From: Bdellovibrionota bacterium
GTDB lineage: Bacteria > Bdellovibrionota_G > JALEGL01 > DATDPG01
DNA length: 64,000 nucleotides
Reading direction: 5' to 3'
Assembly: GCA_963668355.1 (NCBI GenBank)
Contig: OY764265.1
Coordinates: 1,568,001 to 1,632,000 of the forward strand
Positions 31,141 through 41,746 of this stretch are shown piece after piece; positions within the stretch are counted from its first letter, which is position 1, and each line of letters opens with the position of its first letter. Below the pieces are notes generated by a model, which had not been told where the DNA came from, searched no databases, and worked only from the letters and a program-made list of their open reading frames with translations. Made by a program: the position numbers and the translations under genes.

Positions 31141-32408
31141 CGAATTTGCTTTCTGGATTCAAAGGCATGATGGATGCCAAAAAAATAAATCGGTAATATC
31201 GGAAAGAACCACCCCCCCAGTGTGTCTGCTTGAAGGCCTAGTAATAGGGCTCCCAACACGTGTTGAATCACAAAATAGGACAACCCGGGGACATAGCGAC
31301 GGAAGAGGCTCCATAGAATTACGAAATAAAAAATCAGGTGAATTGCTAATCCGAATAAGCCTTGCTTTAAGAGAATATAGAGAAAGTCATTGTCCAATAC
31401 TCGAAAGGCTTCAATGGGACCTAATCCAACGAACCATTTCCAGCTCTCCGAAGCATTGCTGAAAATTTCCCAACGAGTTTCCCAAAGTAGGAAGCGGAGG
31501 GCGACGGTATGTACGGAGGAAAGAGTGCCCGAATCGAAAACGCTGAAAAGCTCATATAGGTAATTTAACTTTGACGGAGCAAAAACAATAGCGAGTGCCA
31601 ATGTCGCGATTAACAGTAAAGCAGCCAAACAACTTCTGACTACCTTTGAGAGGACAGAGGCTCCTTTCTGTCTTAGAATAATATAAATCCCCAAACAAAC
31701 AGGAAAAATAAGTAGGTTGCTTCGTGATCCTGACAGCAAAAGGAGAGTGCCCACGGGTACTAAAAATAGCCATTTTTTGGAATTGGACGAAAATGCTACG
31801 AGGAGAAGGAAAAGCTGAGTCGTGTACCAGGCAAAAGTATTCGGGTTTGCGAAGGTCCCCGTAATACGGGTGTTTGGACCGATGATCAATCTAGCTTTTT
31901 CCGTTGAGTAAATTGCTTCAAAAAAAGAAAGTCCAAAATATTGACTGATGCAAACTGCTATCTCAACGACTATGAGAGTCCCTGAACAAAGAACAAGCGC
32001 CCTTCGTATATCAAGGGATGAAAAGCGACCAACCATAAATCCGCAAAGAAAGACAAACATTAAAAATATAGGGCGAATCACTTCAAGCACTGACCTGACC
32101 TGGCTGATATTTAAAGCCATGCTGATGGAAGTGCTAAGAGCCGCAAGCAAAAACAAGGAAAGAATAGCGTATGTCTTGGCTTGGGTAGCGGGAACTTGAG
32201 AGTGGTCGATTGCAGAAAGGATCATGAAAGCCGAAGCCAGGCCGATGAGGGGGAAAAACAGAAACTGACTTCCTGAAACTGGAGGTCTTGGCATGAGTAC
32301 CAATGTCCAAATCGGAAGAGTTATAAGCAAGCTCTTGATAGCGCGAACCACGAGAGGTGTTCCTGTAGTCTTGATTGAAGGGTGGATATCGTTTAAAAAG
32401 CCTCGCAT
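31137..32408 (-). CDS. O-antigen polymerase/ligase family membrane protein (Wzy_C-like)
   Basis: About 10 TM segments, RITGTFANPN, LSGSRS, GLG..DNDFL periplasmic-loop motifs; start uncertain (32408 or 32468). Confidence 0.8.
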   Translation of the reverse strand: MRGFLNDIHPSIKTTGTPLVVRAIKSLLITLPIWTLVLMPRPPVSGSQFLFFPLIGLASAFMILSAIDHSQVPATQAKTYAILSLFLLAALSTSISMALNISQVRSVLEVIRPIFLMFVFLCGFMVGRFSSLDIRRALVLCSGTLIVVEIAVCISQYFGLSFFEAIYSTEKARLIIGPNTRITGTFANPNTFAWYTTQLFLLLVAFSSNSKKWLFLVPVGTLLLLSGSRSNLLIFPVCLGIYIILRQKGASVLSKVVRSCLAALLLIATLALAIVFAPSKLNYLYELFSVFDSGTLSSVHTVALRFLLWETRWEIFSNASESWKWFVGLGPIEAFRVLDNDFLYILLKQGLFGLAIHLIFYFVILWSLFRRYVPGLSYFVIQHVLGALLLGLQADTLGGWFFPILPIYFFGIHHAFESRKQIR

Positions 32409-33540
32409 GGGTGCCAAGCCAGCTAAATTTTCCTTAAATACGTTAGTGATGGGGCCTACCCACTTCATTGATAAGTTGGCTTATCAGAATGAAGAGTTCA
32501 AGGCACGCAGATTATCTGCCAAATACTTGGTAAATGATCCCAGTGGTAGATCAATAAGCAAAGCGTTGGAGTATGAGGCCGACGTCGAGAATTCTACTGG
32601 ATCAGTTTTGACTCGCATTTGGAGGTACCTGCTAATTCTTCTTTTTGAGCGCCCAAAATTTGTAGAGCTGTACGATACGGGGAGACTAACTCTTGTTTAT
32701 GCTGCCTTTGCAAGGTTGACAGGCAGAAGATTGGTTTTCTTTCTCAGGGGAATGGAGCTTTGGGGAAATGAGCGCGGTAGAAAAGTGTCGCCTTGGAGGA
32801 TGTGGGGTCTCAAAGTTTCGCTTAAACTTGCAAAGCTAATTATCGTCAAAGAACTTAATATTTTGGAAGATTTAAAGCGGTTACGGTGGGTCCCCCAATC
32901 AAAAATACGCTTTCTTGGAAATGCTGTTCCTGTAGTGAAGGGAAAAAGTGCTCGCTGGGAGGAACGCCCTATTGACGTCATATTCTTGAATACCATTAAA
33001 CCTTTTCGCAATGTTCCAATTCTACTCCAGGCGTTGGAACAAGCCTTTTGCTGGAAAGTAGATTTGAAAGTGTTGATTGCCGGGTTCTCGGTGTTTGAAA
33101 ACGAAATCCGGGGACGCTTTAAGGAAGAAGAGAATAAAGTCCTTCAAATGATGGATCGAATGGAAATGGGAGAAAGGATAGAGCTGAGAGGTTTTGTAAA
33201 TGACGGACGAAGTTTGCTGGCTAAGAGTAAGGTGTTTATATTGCCAGCGGATATCGTTTTTCCTAACTTTGCCCTGTTGGAGGCGATGTCCTTGGGTTGT
33301 GTTCCGATTGTTGGAGATGGAGAAGGTGCAAAGAATATTGTTGATCATGAATCCTCAGGTTTGGTGGTTTCTCGCACCGCCCAAGCTATTAGCCACGCTT
33401 TAATTAAGGTTCTCTCAGATTCACACGTTTGGCAGCAATACTCTTTAAATGCGAAGGCGAAAATCGAAAAGAATTTCAGCATATCTCAATGGGCCGACCA
33501 TCTGCTTTCAATTAGACGAGAAGTGTTCTCAGATGAGTGA
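32407..33540 (+). CDS. GT4 glycosyltransferase
   Basis: GT-B C-terminal motif PNFALLEAMSLG; start uncertain (32407 preferred). Confidence 0.85.
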   Translation: MGAKPAKFSLNTLVMGPTHFIDKLAYQNEEFKARRLSAKYLVNDPSGRSISKALEYEADVENSTGSVLTRIWRYLLILLFERPKFVELYDTGRLTLVYAAFARLTGRRLVFFLRGMELWGNERGRKVSPWRMWGLKVSLKLAKLIIVKELNILEDLKRLRWVPQSKIRFLGNAVPVVKGKSARWEERPIDVIFLNTIKPFRNVPILLQALEQAFCWKVDLKVLIAGFSVFENEIRGRFKEEENKVLQMMDRMEMGERIELRGFVNDGRSLLAKSKVFILPADIVFPNFALLEAMSLGCVPIVGDGEGAKNIVDHESSGLVVSRTAQAISHALIKVLSDSHVWQQYSLNAKAKIEKNFSISQWADHLLSIRREVFSDE

Positions 33541-33570
33541 CTGACTGTCTGGGACCTGATTTTTAAAAGG

Positions 33571-34626
33571 ATGAATAAGGATTTTTCGGGAGATATGATG
33601 AGCCAAGAGGAAGTCACATTTCGTGTTTTTGGAGAAGGCGATTTTGATCAGTACGAAAGTCTCTACAATGAAGTTTATCAAAGTGCTCTTGATCGTCTCT
33701 TTTTCAAGTGGAAGCATGATTTAAATCCATTTCACGTTGGTGTGCCTCTGATCTATTTGGCGTGTGTGCAAGGAAGAGTTGTTGGAGCCAACTCCTTCTT
33801 TCCTGTTAATTTTCAATACGAAGATCAAAGATTAAGTGCAGTTCAATCGGGAGATACAATGGTGCACCCAGACTTTCGGGGAAGGAAACTTTTTCTAAAG
33901 ATTTTGGATTTTGCATGCAAGGACCTAGCACAAAGAGGATACGCGGGTATCTTTGGTTTTGCGAATAACCAGTCCCATCGAGGTTTCGAAAAAGCAGGGT
34001 TTGATACGTTAGATTCTATTACAAGTCATCGAGCAATTGTTCGAACTAAAAACTTTTTGAAAAAAAAACATCCTTTTTTAGGCTTTGTCGGGGCGGCCAT
34101 AGATCAGATGTGTTGCTTTCGGATGCCAGGCCACTCCGGACAGGTTAGGGAGTTAAAAATTCCAGAACAGTTGAAGGGCTGGCCTGTTTTAGAGGAGTCA
34201 GGCGTAATTGTACTGGAAAAAAATTATTCCTACTTCAATTGGAAATATGCTCAGAAACCCAGAGGAAACTTTCGTGGCTTCGAGGTTTGCATGGGTGTAG
34301 GAGAAGTGTTTCAGTTTGTGGTAAAAACTGAGTTTGTGGATTCCGTTTTAAAGGCAACGGTCTTGGATTATACGGGGACTTCGATTTCTAGCTTAGGGTT
34401 AGCCTTCAAAAAGCTTAAGCACTTTTTGGCAAAAAAAGTAGGTGTTGACGTGGTTGTTTCATGGCAAATGGGAAACCAGGAATGGGAAAAGGTCCTTGAC
34501 TGCTCTCCAGGTTTTCATTTGAAATCATCGCTTTTTTTTGTGGTCAAGTCCTTGCGACCTGCGAACAGTTTTTTTCAGAAAAAAGAGTCGTGGCGCCTTG
34601 TGTGTGGGGATGCAGACACCGCATAG
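33571..34626 (+). CDS. GNAT family N-acyltransferase
   Basis: FKWKH..NP, DTMVHPDFRGRKLF (acyl-CoA motif A), FGFAN, C-terminal GDAD. Confidence 0.8.
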   Translation: MNKDFSGDMMSQEEVTFRVFGEGDFDQYESLYNEVYQSALDRLFFKWKHDLNPFHVGVPLIYLACVQGRVVGANSFFPVNFQYEDQRLSAVQSGDTMVHPDFRGRKLFLKILDFACKDLAQRGYAGIFGFANNQSHRGFEKAGFDTLDSITSHRAIVRTKNFLKKKHPFLGFVGAAIDQMCCFRMPGHSGQVRELKIPEQLKGWPVLEESGVIVLEKNYSYFNWKYAQKPRGNFRGFEVCMGVGEVFQFVVKTEFVDSVLKATVLDYTGTSISSLGLAFKKLKHFLAKKVGVDVVVSWQMGNQEWEKVLDCSPGFHLKSSLFFVVKSLRPANSFFQKKESWRLVCGDADTA

Positions 34627-34639
34627 TCAAAGAACTTCG

Positions 34640-35629
34640 GTGTTCCGAGCTGTAAAGTGGAGAGTCCGCCTCGTATTGAAGTGGCTGAGCGACAGCTCCG
34701 TATGTTGTCACCTGTCTAAGATTTTGTTTCGCATACTTTTTCGTCTGCTTGGCGAAGAAATCCGAACTGCAATCCCCGTAAGTAGTTTGAAAGGGAATCG
34801 AGTGTTAATTCTAGCTCCCCACATCGATGACGAGGTGATTGGTTGTTTCGGGGCAATGAAGTCCTATTTAGATAGAGGAAGACCAGTCTGGATCGCCTAC
34901 TTAACGAGGTCTCAGAAAAAAGGGTCTAAACGGACGGAGGAGCATGTAGCGTTAGAAAGGAAACAAGAGGCGAAAGAAGTCGCTGAAGCACTAGGCATTG
35001 CGACGGACAATCTATATTTCCTCGAAGGAGAAGATGGAAATTTAGCCGGTTCAGAGGTGAGTGCAGATTTGCGAAAGGTTGTGGAGAAAGTGCAACCAGA
35101 TACAATCTTTCTTCCATGTCCTCTTGATAGTCATAGGGATCATCGGGCTGTTACCCAGCATCTCCTTCGAGCATTAGATCGAATGGACAGCTCTCATGTA
35201 CAGCTCTTAATCTATGAGTCACAAAGTCCGATCACCATTTTTTACGGAAATGTCCTTCTGGATATTTCGAGTCTGGTCGGTGAAAAGCAGAAAATACTTA
35301 AACTTTTTAAGTCACAGAAGAATTCGTTTTCTTTCTCTAGACATTTAAATGAAATTGAGGGGCTTCTTTATAAAAAGTCATGCGAATTGTTCTTACGGTC
35401 GAGTGTCGAGGAACTTAGGGCGTTCCACCAAAAAATGGAACGAGATCGAAAATTGGTTGAGAATGCCAGTTCTTTTCCGATTCCCTGCGGGACGGTTTGT
35501 GGATCGTTTTGGAGTTACTTGTCGAGCTATCGGGTAAAAAGTCAGTTGACGATGCTAGGTCAATCTGAGCAAGATGGATGCGTTTGTGAGGATGGTTACA
35601 AGAAGACGGATGTTGAGAGGTCAAGCTAA
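34640..35629 (+). CDS. PIG-L/LmbE family de-N-acetylase
   Basis: LAPHIDDEVIGC, RKQEA, DSHRDH metal-binding motifs; start uncertain (GTG 34640 proposed). Confidence 0.85.
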   Translation: MFRAVKWRVRLVLKWLSDSSVCCHLSKILFRILFRLLGEEIRTAIPVSSLKGNRVLILAPHIDDEVIGCFGAMKSYLDRGRPVWIAYLTRSQKKGSKRTEEHVALERKQEAKEVAEALGIATDNLYFLEGEDGNLAGSEVSADLRKVVEKVQPDTIFLPCPLDSHRDHRAVTQHLLRALDRMDSSHVQLLIYESQSPITIFYGNVLLDISSLVGEKQKILKLFKSQKNSFSFSRHLNEIEGLLYKKSCELFLRSSVEELRAFHQKMERDRKLVENASSFPIPCGTVCGSFWSYLSSYRVKSQLTMLGQSEQDGCVCEDGYKKTDVERSS

Positions 35630-37396
35630 ATGCCAGCTATTTTTGGTGCCGTAAATTTTAGGAAACGCTTAGAAGTGTCAGCCCTTCCAACAATTGGTTG
35701 GGCAACCGCCCGAGAAAGTATCGAACACGATAGGGTGCAGTTCTTTAGGGAAACCAACGGGAAGTTTCTCAAACAAAAGATTTTTTTTAATAGCGAAAAG
35801 AGAGCTCTGATGCTCGATGGTGTGATAACCAACGCTTCACAGTTAATAAGGAAGTATTCGGCTTGCGGATTTGATGATTTGATCGATCGGCTAATCTCAC
35901 TTCATGGTGAGACATTCTTTACATTGTTCCGTGGCAGTTTTGTGGGAGCACTCACGGAGCACGAGAAAGGCGTTACAACCTTTTTTGTTGATCCTCTCTC
36001 TACGATTCCAATGTTTTATTTTCAAGAACATGGACAAGTAGTTTTTTCTTCACGATTGGCTTATGTGTCTTCTGCTCTTAGGGAAATGGAACACAGGTCT
36101 TCGATCGATATTCAATCTGCTTATTATCTTCTGACGTACGGATTTATGCTCAGAAATTCCACTCTTTTAACAGACGTAAAAAAACTGCCTGCTGGTTGTT
36201 ATGGAAAAGTAAATGGAGAAAGTTTGGAAATTGTGCGCTATCACAAATTCGGAGGGCGATCATTTCGTTCCGAAAACGAGACTAGTTTGATCGAGGAGGC
36301 CGACGAGTTGTTTTCGCAGGCAGTTAGGAATCAATTTCAGACAAATGAAGATCAGGGTTATTGGCATCTGACGACGCTTAGCGGAGGCCTGGATTCAAGA
36401 ATGACGTTGGTAACTGCGCACGATTTGGGTTTCCAGACGGGTACGTGCATTACGTTTTCAGAAAATGACTACTTAGATGAAAAATTGGCTAAGCAGATAG
36501 CTTCGGACTTAGGATTAGAATTTCTTTTCTATTCGATGAATGGGGGTGGTTATCTGATCGATCATTGGGCACCTGCATTAACTAATGATGCGTTAATAAC
36601 TTATGCGGGGGCTGCGCACGTTCTTGCCGCTCTGAGGTGCGTCAGTTCGGTGCCCTTCGGCATGATTCACATGGGCACATTGGGGGATGCGATTTTGGGG
36701 ACATATATTGCAGATCCCGAAGGTGACAGGGTGCAACCACTTCGAGGAGCACGTTCGAAACGTTTTGTCGACTACCTAACGCAGGATCTAAATTCGCTAT
36801 CACAAGAGTATGAATCGAACGAGATTTTTAAGCTTTATAATCGAGGAGTTAATGGGATTATGAATGGGAATTGGTCAGCGCGGGAGTTTTTTGAACCCGT
36901 GTCGCCGTTCCTTGATCAAGAGTTTGTTGAATTTTGCTTGCAAGTTCCAAGGGAACTTCGGTTTCGACATAAGTTCTATATTGATTGGATTCGAAGGAAA
37001 CATCCCATTGCGGCACGATATCGTTGGGAAAGAACGGGGCTGTCAATCCGCCATTATTTACGTTGGGAGAAAGCGAGTCGGGCGGTACTAAAAATAAAAA
37101 GGGAATTGTTGGGGAAAAGACTCTATTCGATGAATCCATTTGAGTATTGGTATAGGAATAACGTTCAGTTACGTACGGCTCTGAACTCTTCTGTCCACAA
37201 GGATCGAGCTCTAGGGTTGAAGGATTCGCATTTAAGAGTCGATGTTTTAGAAGTTCTAGAAAATGGGAATCTACTGGAAAAAGCACAAGCGATCACCCTC
37301 TTGAATGGGATTGATCTTCATCTCCATGGACGGGTTGAGTGGAAGGAAGAAGCTAATCTAGTCCAGAAACCGCTTGTTGGAGGGGGAGGGAGATAA
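35630..37396 (+). CDS. Asparagine-synthetase-like amidotransferase (polysaccharide tailoring)
   Basis: PP-loop LSGGLDSR, SPFLD motif; N-terminus is MPAIFG rather than MCGI. Confidence 0.85.
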   Translation: MPAIFGAVNFRKRLEVSALPTIGWATARESIEHDRVQFFRETNGKFLKQKIFFNSEKRALMLDGVITNASQLIRKYSACGFDDLIDRLISLHGETFFTLFRGSFVGALTEHEKGVTTFFVDPLSTIPMFYFQEHGQVVFSSRLAYVSSALREMEHRSSIDIQSAYYLLTYGFMLRNSTLLTDVKKLPAGCYGKVNGESLEIVRYHKFGGRSFRSENETSLIEEADELFSQAVRNQFQTNEDQGYWHLTTLSGGLDSRMTLVTAHDLGFQTGTCITFSENDYLDEKLAKQIASDLGLEFLFYSMNGGGYLIDHWAPALTNDALITYAGAAHVLAALRCVSSVPFGMIHMGTLGDAILGTYIADPEGDRVQPLRGARSKRFVDYLTQDLNSLSQEYESNEIFKLYNRGVNGIMNGNWSAREFFEPVSPFLDQEFVEFCLQVPRELRFRHKFYIDWIRRKHPIAARYRWERTGLSIRHYLRWEKASRAVLKIKRELLGKRLYSMNPFEYWYRNNVQLRTALNSSVHKDRALGLKDSHLRVDVLEVLENGNLLEKAQAITLLNGIDLHLHGRVEWKEEANLVQKPLVGGGGR

Positions 37397-37521
37397 AAAC
37401 GGTCGAGCACTTGCTTTGGGGAATTTCTGAAAACTGACGTCGAGAGGCAAACCTGATATTCCTTCGCTTTTGTGCCTGGTGGAAAAAGGGGTAAGAGATT
37501 GGGTCAAGAGAGGAAGATCAG

Positions 37522-39012
37522 ATGAAGAGCGGAGGGTTTCTGCGAGATGTGGCGAAAGTCACATTCGGGATCGTCTTTGGTCACGGTCTGACGATTCTTG
37601 TTGCGCCAATTCTCACGAGACTCTATGCCCCGGAAGCCTTTGGAGTAGCCGCAGTTTTTGTCTCGGTTGCGACAATAGTCAGCGTCGTTTCCTGTCTGAA
37701 ATATGAGCTAGCTATCATGCTTCCGAAAGAAGAAAAGGAAGCCGCAGACCTTCTGGGATTAAGTGTGGTTGCTACCTTCTTGGTGACATTGCTTACCATT
37801 GTGGGGGTCTGGTGTTGTGGAGCCCCCCTGGTACAGCATTTTAAAATTCCGGAACTCCTTCCTTATCTTCATTGGATCCCTCTTCTAGTCTTTTCTCGGG
37901 GTCTCTTTCTGTGTTTGAACCATTGGACTCTCCGAAAGAAACGTTTTAAACAACTGTCCTTATCGGACATCTCAGCTTCTTCGGCTACGGCCGGTCTCCG
38001 GGTTGGACTCGGGTGGGTTGGAATCGCAACCTCAGGAAGTCTGATTTCTGCAGTTATTGTGGGTCGCTTAATCAGTGTCTTGGTCCTCGTAGGTCGATTT
38101 TTTAGGGAGGATTTGCGAAACATCATTCATTCCATAAGTCTAGTTGGAATGTGGAGAGGGTGTGTTCGATATAGAAAGTTTCCTTTGTTGAGTTCTTGGT
38201 CAATGGTTTTTATGACCATGTCCTTGGAAATTCCAGTTCTGCTGTTAGGTACGTTTTTCTCTCCGGAGGTTGTTGGCTTTTATGCCCTTGGGAGGAGGAC
38301 TCTCCAGGTTCCAATTTCTTTGGTTTCTTCGACGATTTCGAAGGTTTTTTTTCAGCGGACTGCGGCAACCCGTGGTCAAGCAATGCTCCCAAAAATTGTT
38401 GAAAAGGCTGCCTTGAAATTGGTTGCCTTGGGGGCTGCTCCACTTTTACTTTTTCAACTTTTAGGACCGGAGATTTTTGGTGTCGCATTTGGTAAGGAAT
38501 GGATCGAGGCTGGAAATATTGTACAGTTTTTGACTCCCTGGTTTTTTATGGTTTTTGTGGGTTCTCCCATTAGCATTCTCGCCGTGGTTCTGGAGAAACA
38601 GGAATTCGCGCTCCTTTTGAACTTCTTGCTGTTGATGACTCGTGTGGCCTCTTTGGTGATAGGAGGGGTGAACGACAATCTAAACCTGTCGTTGATTTTG
38701 TTTTCCGGTTCAGGATTTTTTCTCATCGGTCTATTTTTGCTTTTTCTTTTAAAGGAAGCCGGAGTGAGTTTGTCATACTTTGTCAGTGTTTCGCTTAGAA
38801 CACTGTCGGTCGCATGTGCTTTTGTTTTTCCCCTATTTTTTCTAAAAAGACTCTCCTGGGTTGACCCAAAATGGTTAGTGATTCTTGGCCTGGTAGTATG
38901 TATTCTCTACTACTTGAGACTCTTCTTGACGGATTCAGATCTTCGTAGCCTTTTTGAACAGCTTTTATCTGAGAGGAAGGGGCGAGGCAACCGACAAAAG
39001 GAGGGTGGATGA
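37522..39012 (+). CDS. wzx: Wzx-type oligosaccharide flippase
   Basis: PILTRLYAPEAFG, LKYELAI, YRKFPL, VGFYAL, many TM segments. Confidence 0.9.
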   Translation: MKSGGFLRDVAKVTFGIVFGHGLTILVAPILTRLYAPEAFGVAAVFVSVATIVSVVSCLKYELAIMLPKEEKEAADLLGLSVVATFLVTLLTIVGVWCCGAPLVQHFKIPELLPYLHWIPLLVFSRGLFLCLNHWTLRKKRFKQLSLSDISASSATAGLRVGLGWVGIATSGSLISAVIVGRLISVLVLVGRFFREDLRNIIHSISLVGMWRGCVRYRKFPLLSSWSMVFMTMSLEIPVLLLGTFFSPEVVGFYALGRRTLQVPISLVSSTISKVFFQRTAATRGQAMLPKIVEKAALKLVALGAAPLLLFQLLGPEIFGVAFGKEWIEAGNIVQFLTPWFFMVFVGSPISILAVVLEKQEFALLLNFLLLMTRVASLVIGGVNDNLNLSLILFSGSGFFLIGLFLLFLLKEAGVSLSYFVSVSLRTLSVACAFVFPLFFLKRLSWVDPKWLVILGLVVCILYYLRLFLTDSDLRSLFEQLLSERKGRGNRQKEGG

Positions 39013-40196
39013 AGATCCTTTTGGTTCCTTCCTGGTATCCTCAAAACTCATCCGACATGAGTGGAAGTTTTTTCCGAACTCAGGCGATGGCGTTGGCTGA
39101 AGAAGGACATGAGGTAACGGTTTTTGCGATTCATCTTGTTCCAATCTATAAATGCATCAAAATGGGTTTTCGTCCATTGCGTATCCATAAAGAGGAAGAT
39201 GGCAAAGTCTCAACATGGCGGGTGGTCTCAATTAATTTTTTTCCTGGGATTCTTTTTCTTTCACTTTGGTGGCGAAAACGAATCTTTCTTCATCTTTACC
39301 GGAAGTATATTGAGGAAGGCGGGGCGCCCGACATTATTCATGCCCATGCGGCACTCTGGGGCGGGTGGTTGATCACACGGAGTGGAAATTTTAAAGAAGA
39401 TCCCCCTGCATTAGTGGTGACCGAACATACGAGCGGTTATGCTCAGGGGCGTATTCGAAACCGCCAGTGTGAGATGGCGCGAGAGGTTTATGAAAAAGTA
39501 GATTCGGTGATTTTTGTTTCCGAAGTACTCCGTGGAGATGTGGAAAAGGCGACGGGTGCCGATTTGAGCGCCGCTCACATTGTTCCCAACCCGGTGGCGA
39601 AACAATTTTTTGAGAATGTTAGAAGTGCGAAAACCCAAGGGGGCGATGCCTCACCAATCTTTGTAAATGTTGCGGGCCTTACTTCAATCAAAAACCAACA
39701 GATGCTGATTAATGCGTTCTGTGAAGTTCAGAGGGAGTTTCCTCTCGCTCGATTATGGTTGGTGGGTGATGGCCCAGAAAAAAAGGCTCTTATCCAGACG
39801 GCAAGAAAAATGGGCGTCGAGTCTTCTGTGGTATTTTTCGGGAAAAAAGCAGCGGATGAAATCCCCTCTCTTTTAAGAAAAGCGGATGTGTATGTGCTGT
39901 CCAGTAATTATGAAAGTTTTGGAGTAGCGGCAGTGGAAGCGTTGTCTAGTGGACTCCCGGTTGTTGCAACTCGTTGTGGGGGGCCTCAGGAGATTGTTTG
40001 GAAAGAGGATGGTGCTTTAGTGGCGGTGGGGGACCAACGAGCACTCGCTCGCCAAATGCTTTTCATTGCCAAGAATTTGGAAAAATTTGATCCAAAAGTT
40101 ATTTCTAGGAGAGCATTTGGACGTTTTTCCTCTTGTAAAATCATGAAAAGACTTAAAGAAATTTATCTTGAGTGTCGAGGGCCGCTGTCACGATAA
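39009..40196 (+). CDS. GT4 glycosyltransferase
   Basis: PSWYP, PDIIHAH, TEHTS, ESFGVAAVEALSSGLPVVATRCGG. Confidence 0.92.
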   Translation: MKILLVPSWYPQNSSDMSGSFFRTQAMALAEEGHEVTVFAIHLVPIYKCIKMGFRPLRIHKEEDGKVSTWRVVSINFFPGILFLSLWWRKRIFLHLYRKYIEEGGAPDIIHAHAALWGGWLITRSGNFKEDPPALVVTEHTSGYAQGRIRNRQCEMAREVYEKVDSVIFVSEVLRGDVEKATGADLSAAHIVPNPVAKQFFENVRSAKTQGGDASPIFVNVAGLTSIKNQQMLINAFCEVQREFPLARLWLVGDGPEKKALIQTARKMGVESSVVFFGKKAADEIPSLLRKADVYVLSSNYESFGVAAVEALSSGLPVVATRCGGPQEIVWKEDGALVAVGDQRALARQMLFIAKNLEKFDPKVISRRAFGRFSSCKIMKRLKEIYLECRGPLSR

Positions 40197-40252
40197 TTTC
40201 CCCAAATGGAAACGGCCAAACCAAAGCTTAACCACCAACGTTGATTTGGGAT

Positions 40253-41473
40253 TCATCCTTTTTCGTTTAGCAAAACAGGATCTTGTAATAGCGGGGCGAG
40301 AGCTTGATACTGCCTACGAAGCAATAAGGCCAATATCGAAAAAACGAAACCTGCAAACATACCGATAATGGTAAGCAACTTCTTTTTCGGAAAAGAAGGA
40401 ATAACCGGAACGTAAGGTGGGTCAATTACTTGAAAAATGGGTTCCTCTTTTTTTGCTTCAATCTGGACTAACTCCAGCTGCTCACGAAGCAAGTTGACCA
40501 ATTGAACTTGAGATAGATAGATTCTTTCTGCTTCGGCAAATTCCTTTGCGAGCTTTGGGGCTTTGCTAAGAGGCGTGAATATTTCCACTTCGGAAGAGTC
40601 TGATTTTTGATCTTCACCTGCAATTATTTTGTTGAGCTGCTCCTTTATCTGCTTTCTTTCGGTGACAAGCCGATCTAAATCATTCTTGCTTCGCATAACA
40701 TCCTGGAAAGTGGCGATTTCTAAGTCTTTATCAACTAGCCGTTTTCTTAGATCCGAAGCAGTTCCCAAAGAGTATTGCAATTGTGTAGGAAGCTCTACCA
40801 CCCCTTTCTTAGTCTGAAGTTCGATGTATCGATTCTGTGTCTCCTCTAATTTTCTTTCCATTTCTTCAAGACGAGCGGCAATGAATCCTGCCGTATTTTT
40901 TGCCTGACTTATGTGACTGGTCTGAAGAAATGTTTTTAGCGCATCTAAAAATGATTGGACTACGGAGGCAGCCTTCTCGGGAAGAGGATGCTCGAATTGA
41001 ATTCGGATGACTTCGCCGTCCATGGTGATGTCGATGCCCCTTTGTAAAAGAATAACTTCCTTTTCGAATTTTCGAGGCGAAAGCAAATTCCCCTTGTCAT
41101 CCACCAGGAAACCTTCTTTTTGAGCAACAGTTTGGGCAATTTGCCTACTCTTAAGGACTTCGCGAAAACGGATCATTTGTTGCGCGCTGGAACCGATGTT
41201 CAATAACTCGCCAAGTTGAAGGTCTCCGCTTCCAAGGCTGAGGCCCCCGGCCGGGGAGCTTTTTTGAATGGGCATGATAACTGCTGTTGCTTCATAGCGA
41301 GTCGTGAGAAATAAAAGTGAAATCATGGCTGTGAAGAGTGCGGTGCCCAGTGCGCAACCTAAAACAAACCTGCGATTGAACCAAAGGAGTCTAATCAATG
41401 CCAGAGTCTCATTGGAGTTCGACTCGCCTGCCGATTGTTCATTGAATTGAGCATTTTTTTCCGAATCTTCCAT
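40253..41473 (-). CDS. Polysaccharide co-polymerase (Wzz/GumC-like, GNVR), no kinase domain
   Basis: Two TM helices flanking a coiled coil; YEATAVIMP, QVIDPP..P..PSFPKK. Confidence 0.85.
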   Translation of the reverse strand: MEDSEKNAQFNEQSAGESNSNETLALIRLLWFNRRFVLGCALGTALFTAMISLLFLTTRYEATAVIMPIQKSSPAGGLSLGSGDLQLGELLNIGSSAQQMIRFREVLKSRQIAQTVAQKEGFLVDDKGNLLSPRKFEKEVILLQRGIDITMDGEVIRIQFEHPLPEKAASVVQSFLDALKTFLQTSHISQAKNTAGFIAARLEEMERKLEETQNRYIELQTKKGVVELPTQLQYSLGTASDLRKRLVDKDLEIATFQDVMRSKNDLDRLVTERKQIKEQLNKIIAGEDQKSDSSEVEIFTPLSKAPKLAKEFAEAERIYLSQVQLVNLLREQLELVQIEAKKEEPIFQVIDPPYVPVIPSFPKKKLLTIIGMFAGFVFSILALLLRRQYQALAPLLQDPVLLNEKG

Positions 41474-41746
41474 AAGCGCTTTCGTTAGTACTTTACTTCA
41501 AGGAGCTTTTCAAATCTCTTGTTCATTTGGAGGCGTTCGAGGAAGGAGCGATTCTAGCGGCATCAGGGCTAATAATTATTCAAAAGGGATGAATCAATCC
41601 TTGGAGTCCGATTCCGTGGGCCGGTCTCTGTTGGTGGTAGCCGAGTAGGGCAATATGTTGCGGGGGGCACCTCGCCGAGGAGGTGTCTTTCAATAGGCTT
41701 GCAGTAAATTGATATATGAGAGTGATTGGTATAGTAGGATACGAAA

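Noticed and set aside
41633..41640. ops/JUMPStart-like GGTGGTAG upstream of the OPX gene
   Set aside because: One mismatch to GGCGGTAG, the rest of JUMPStart is absent, and the downstream unit is only two genes.
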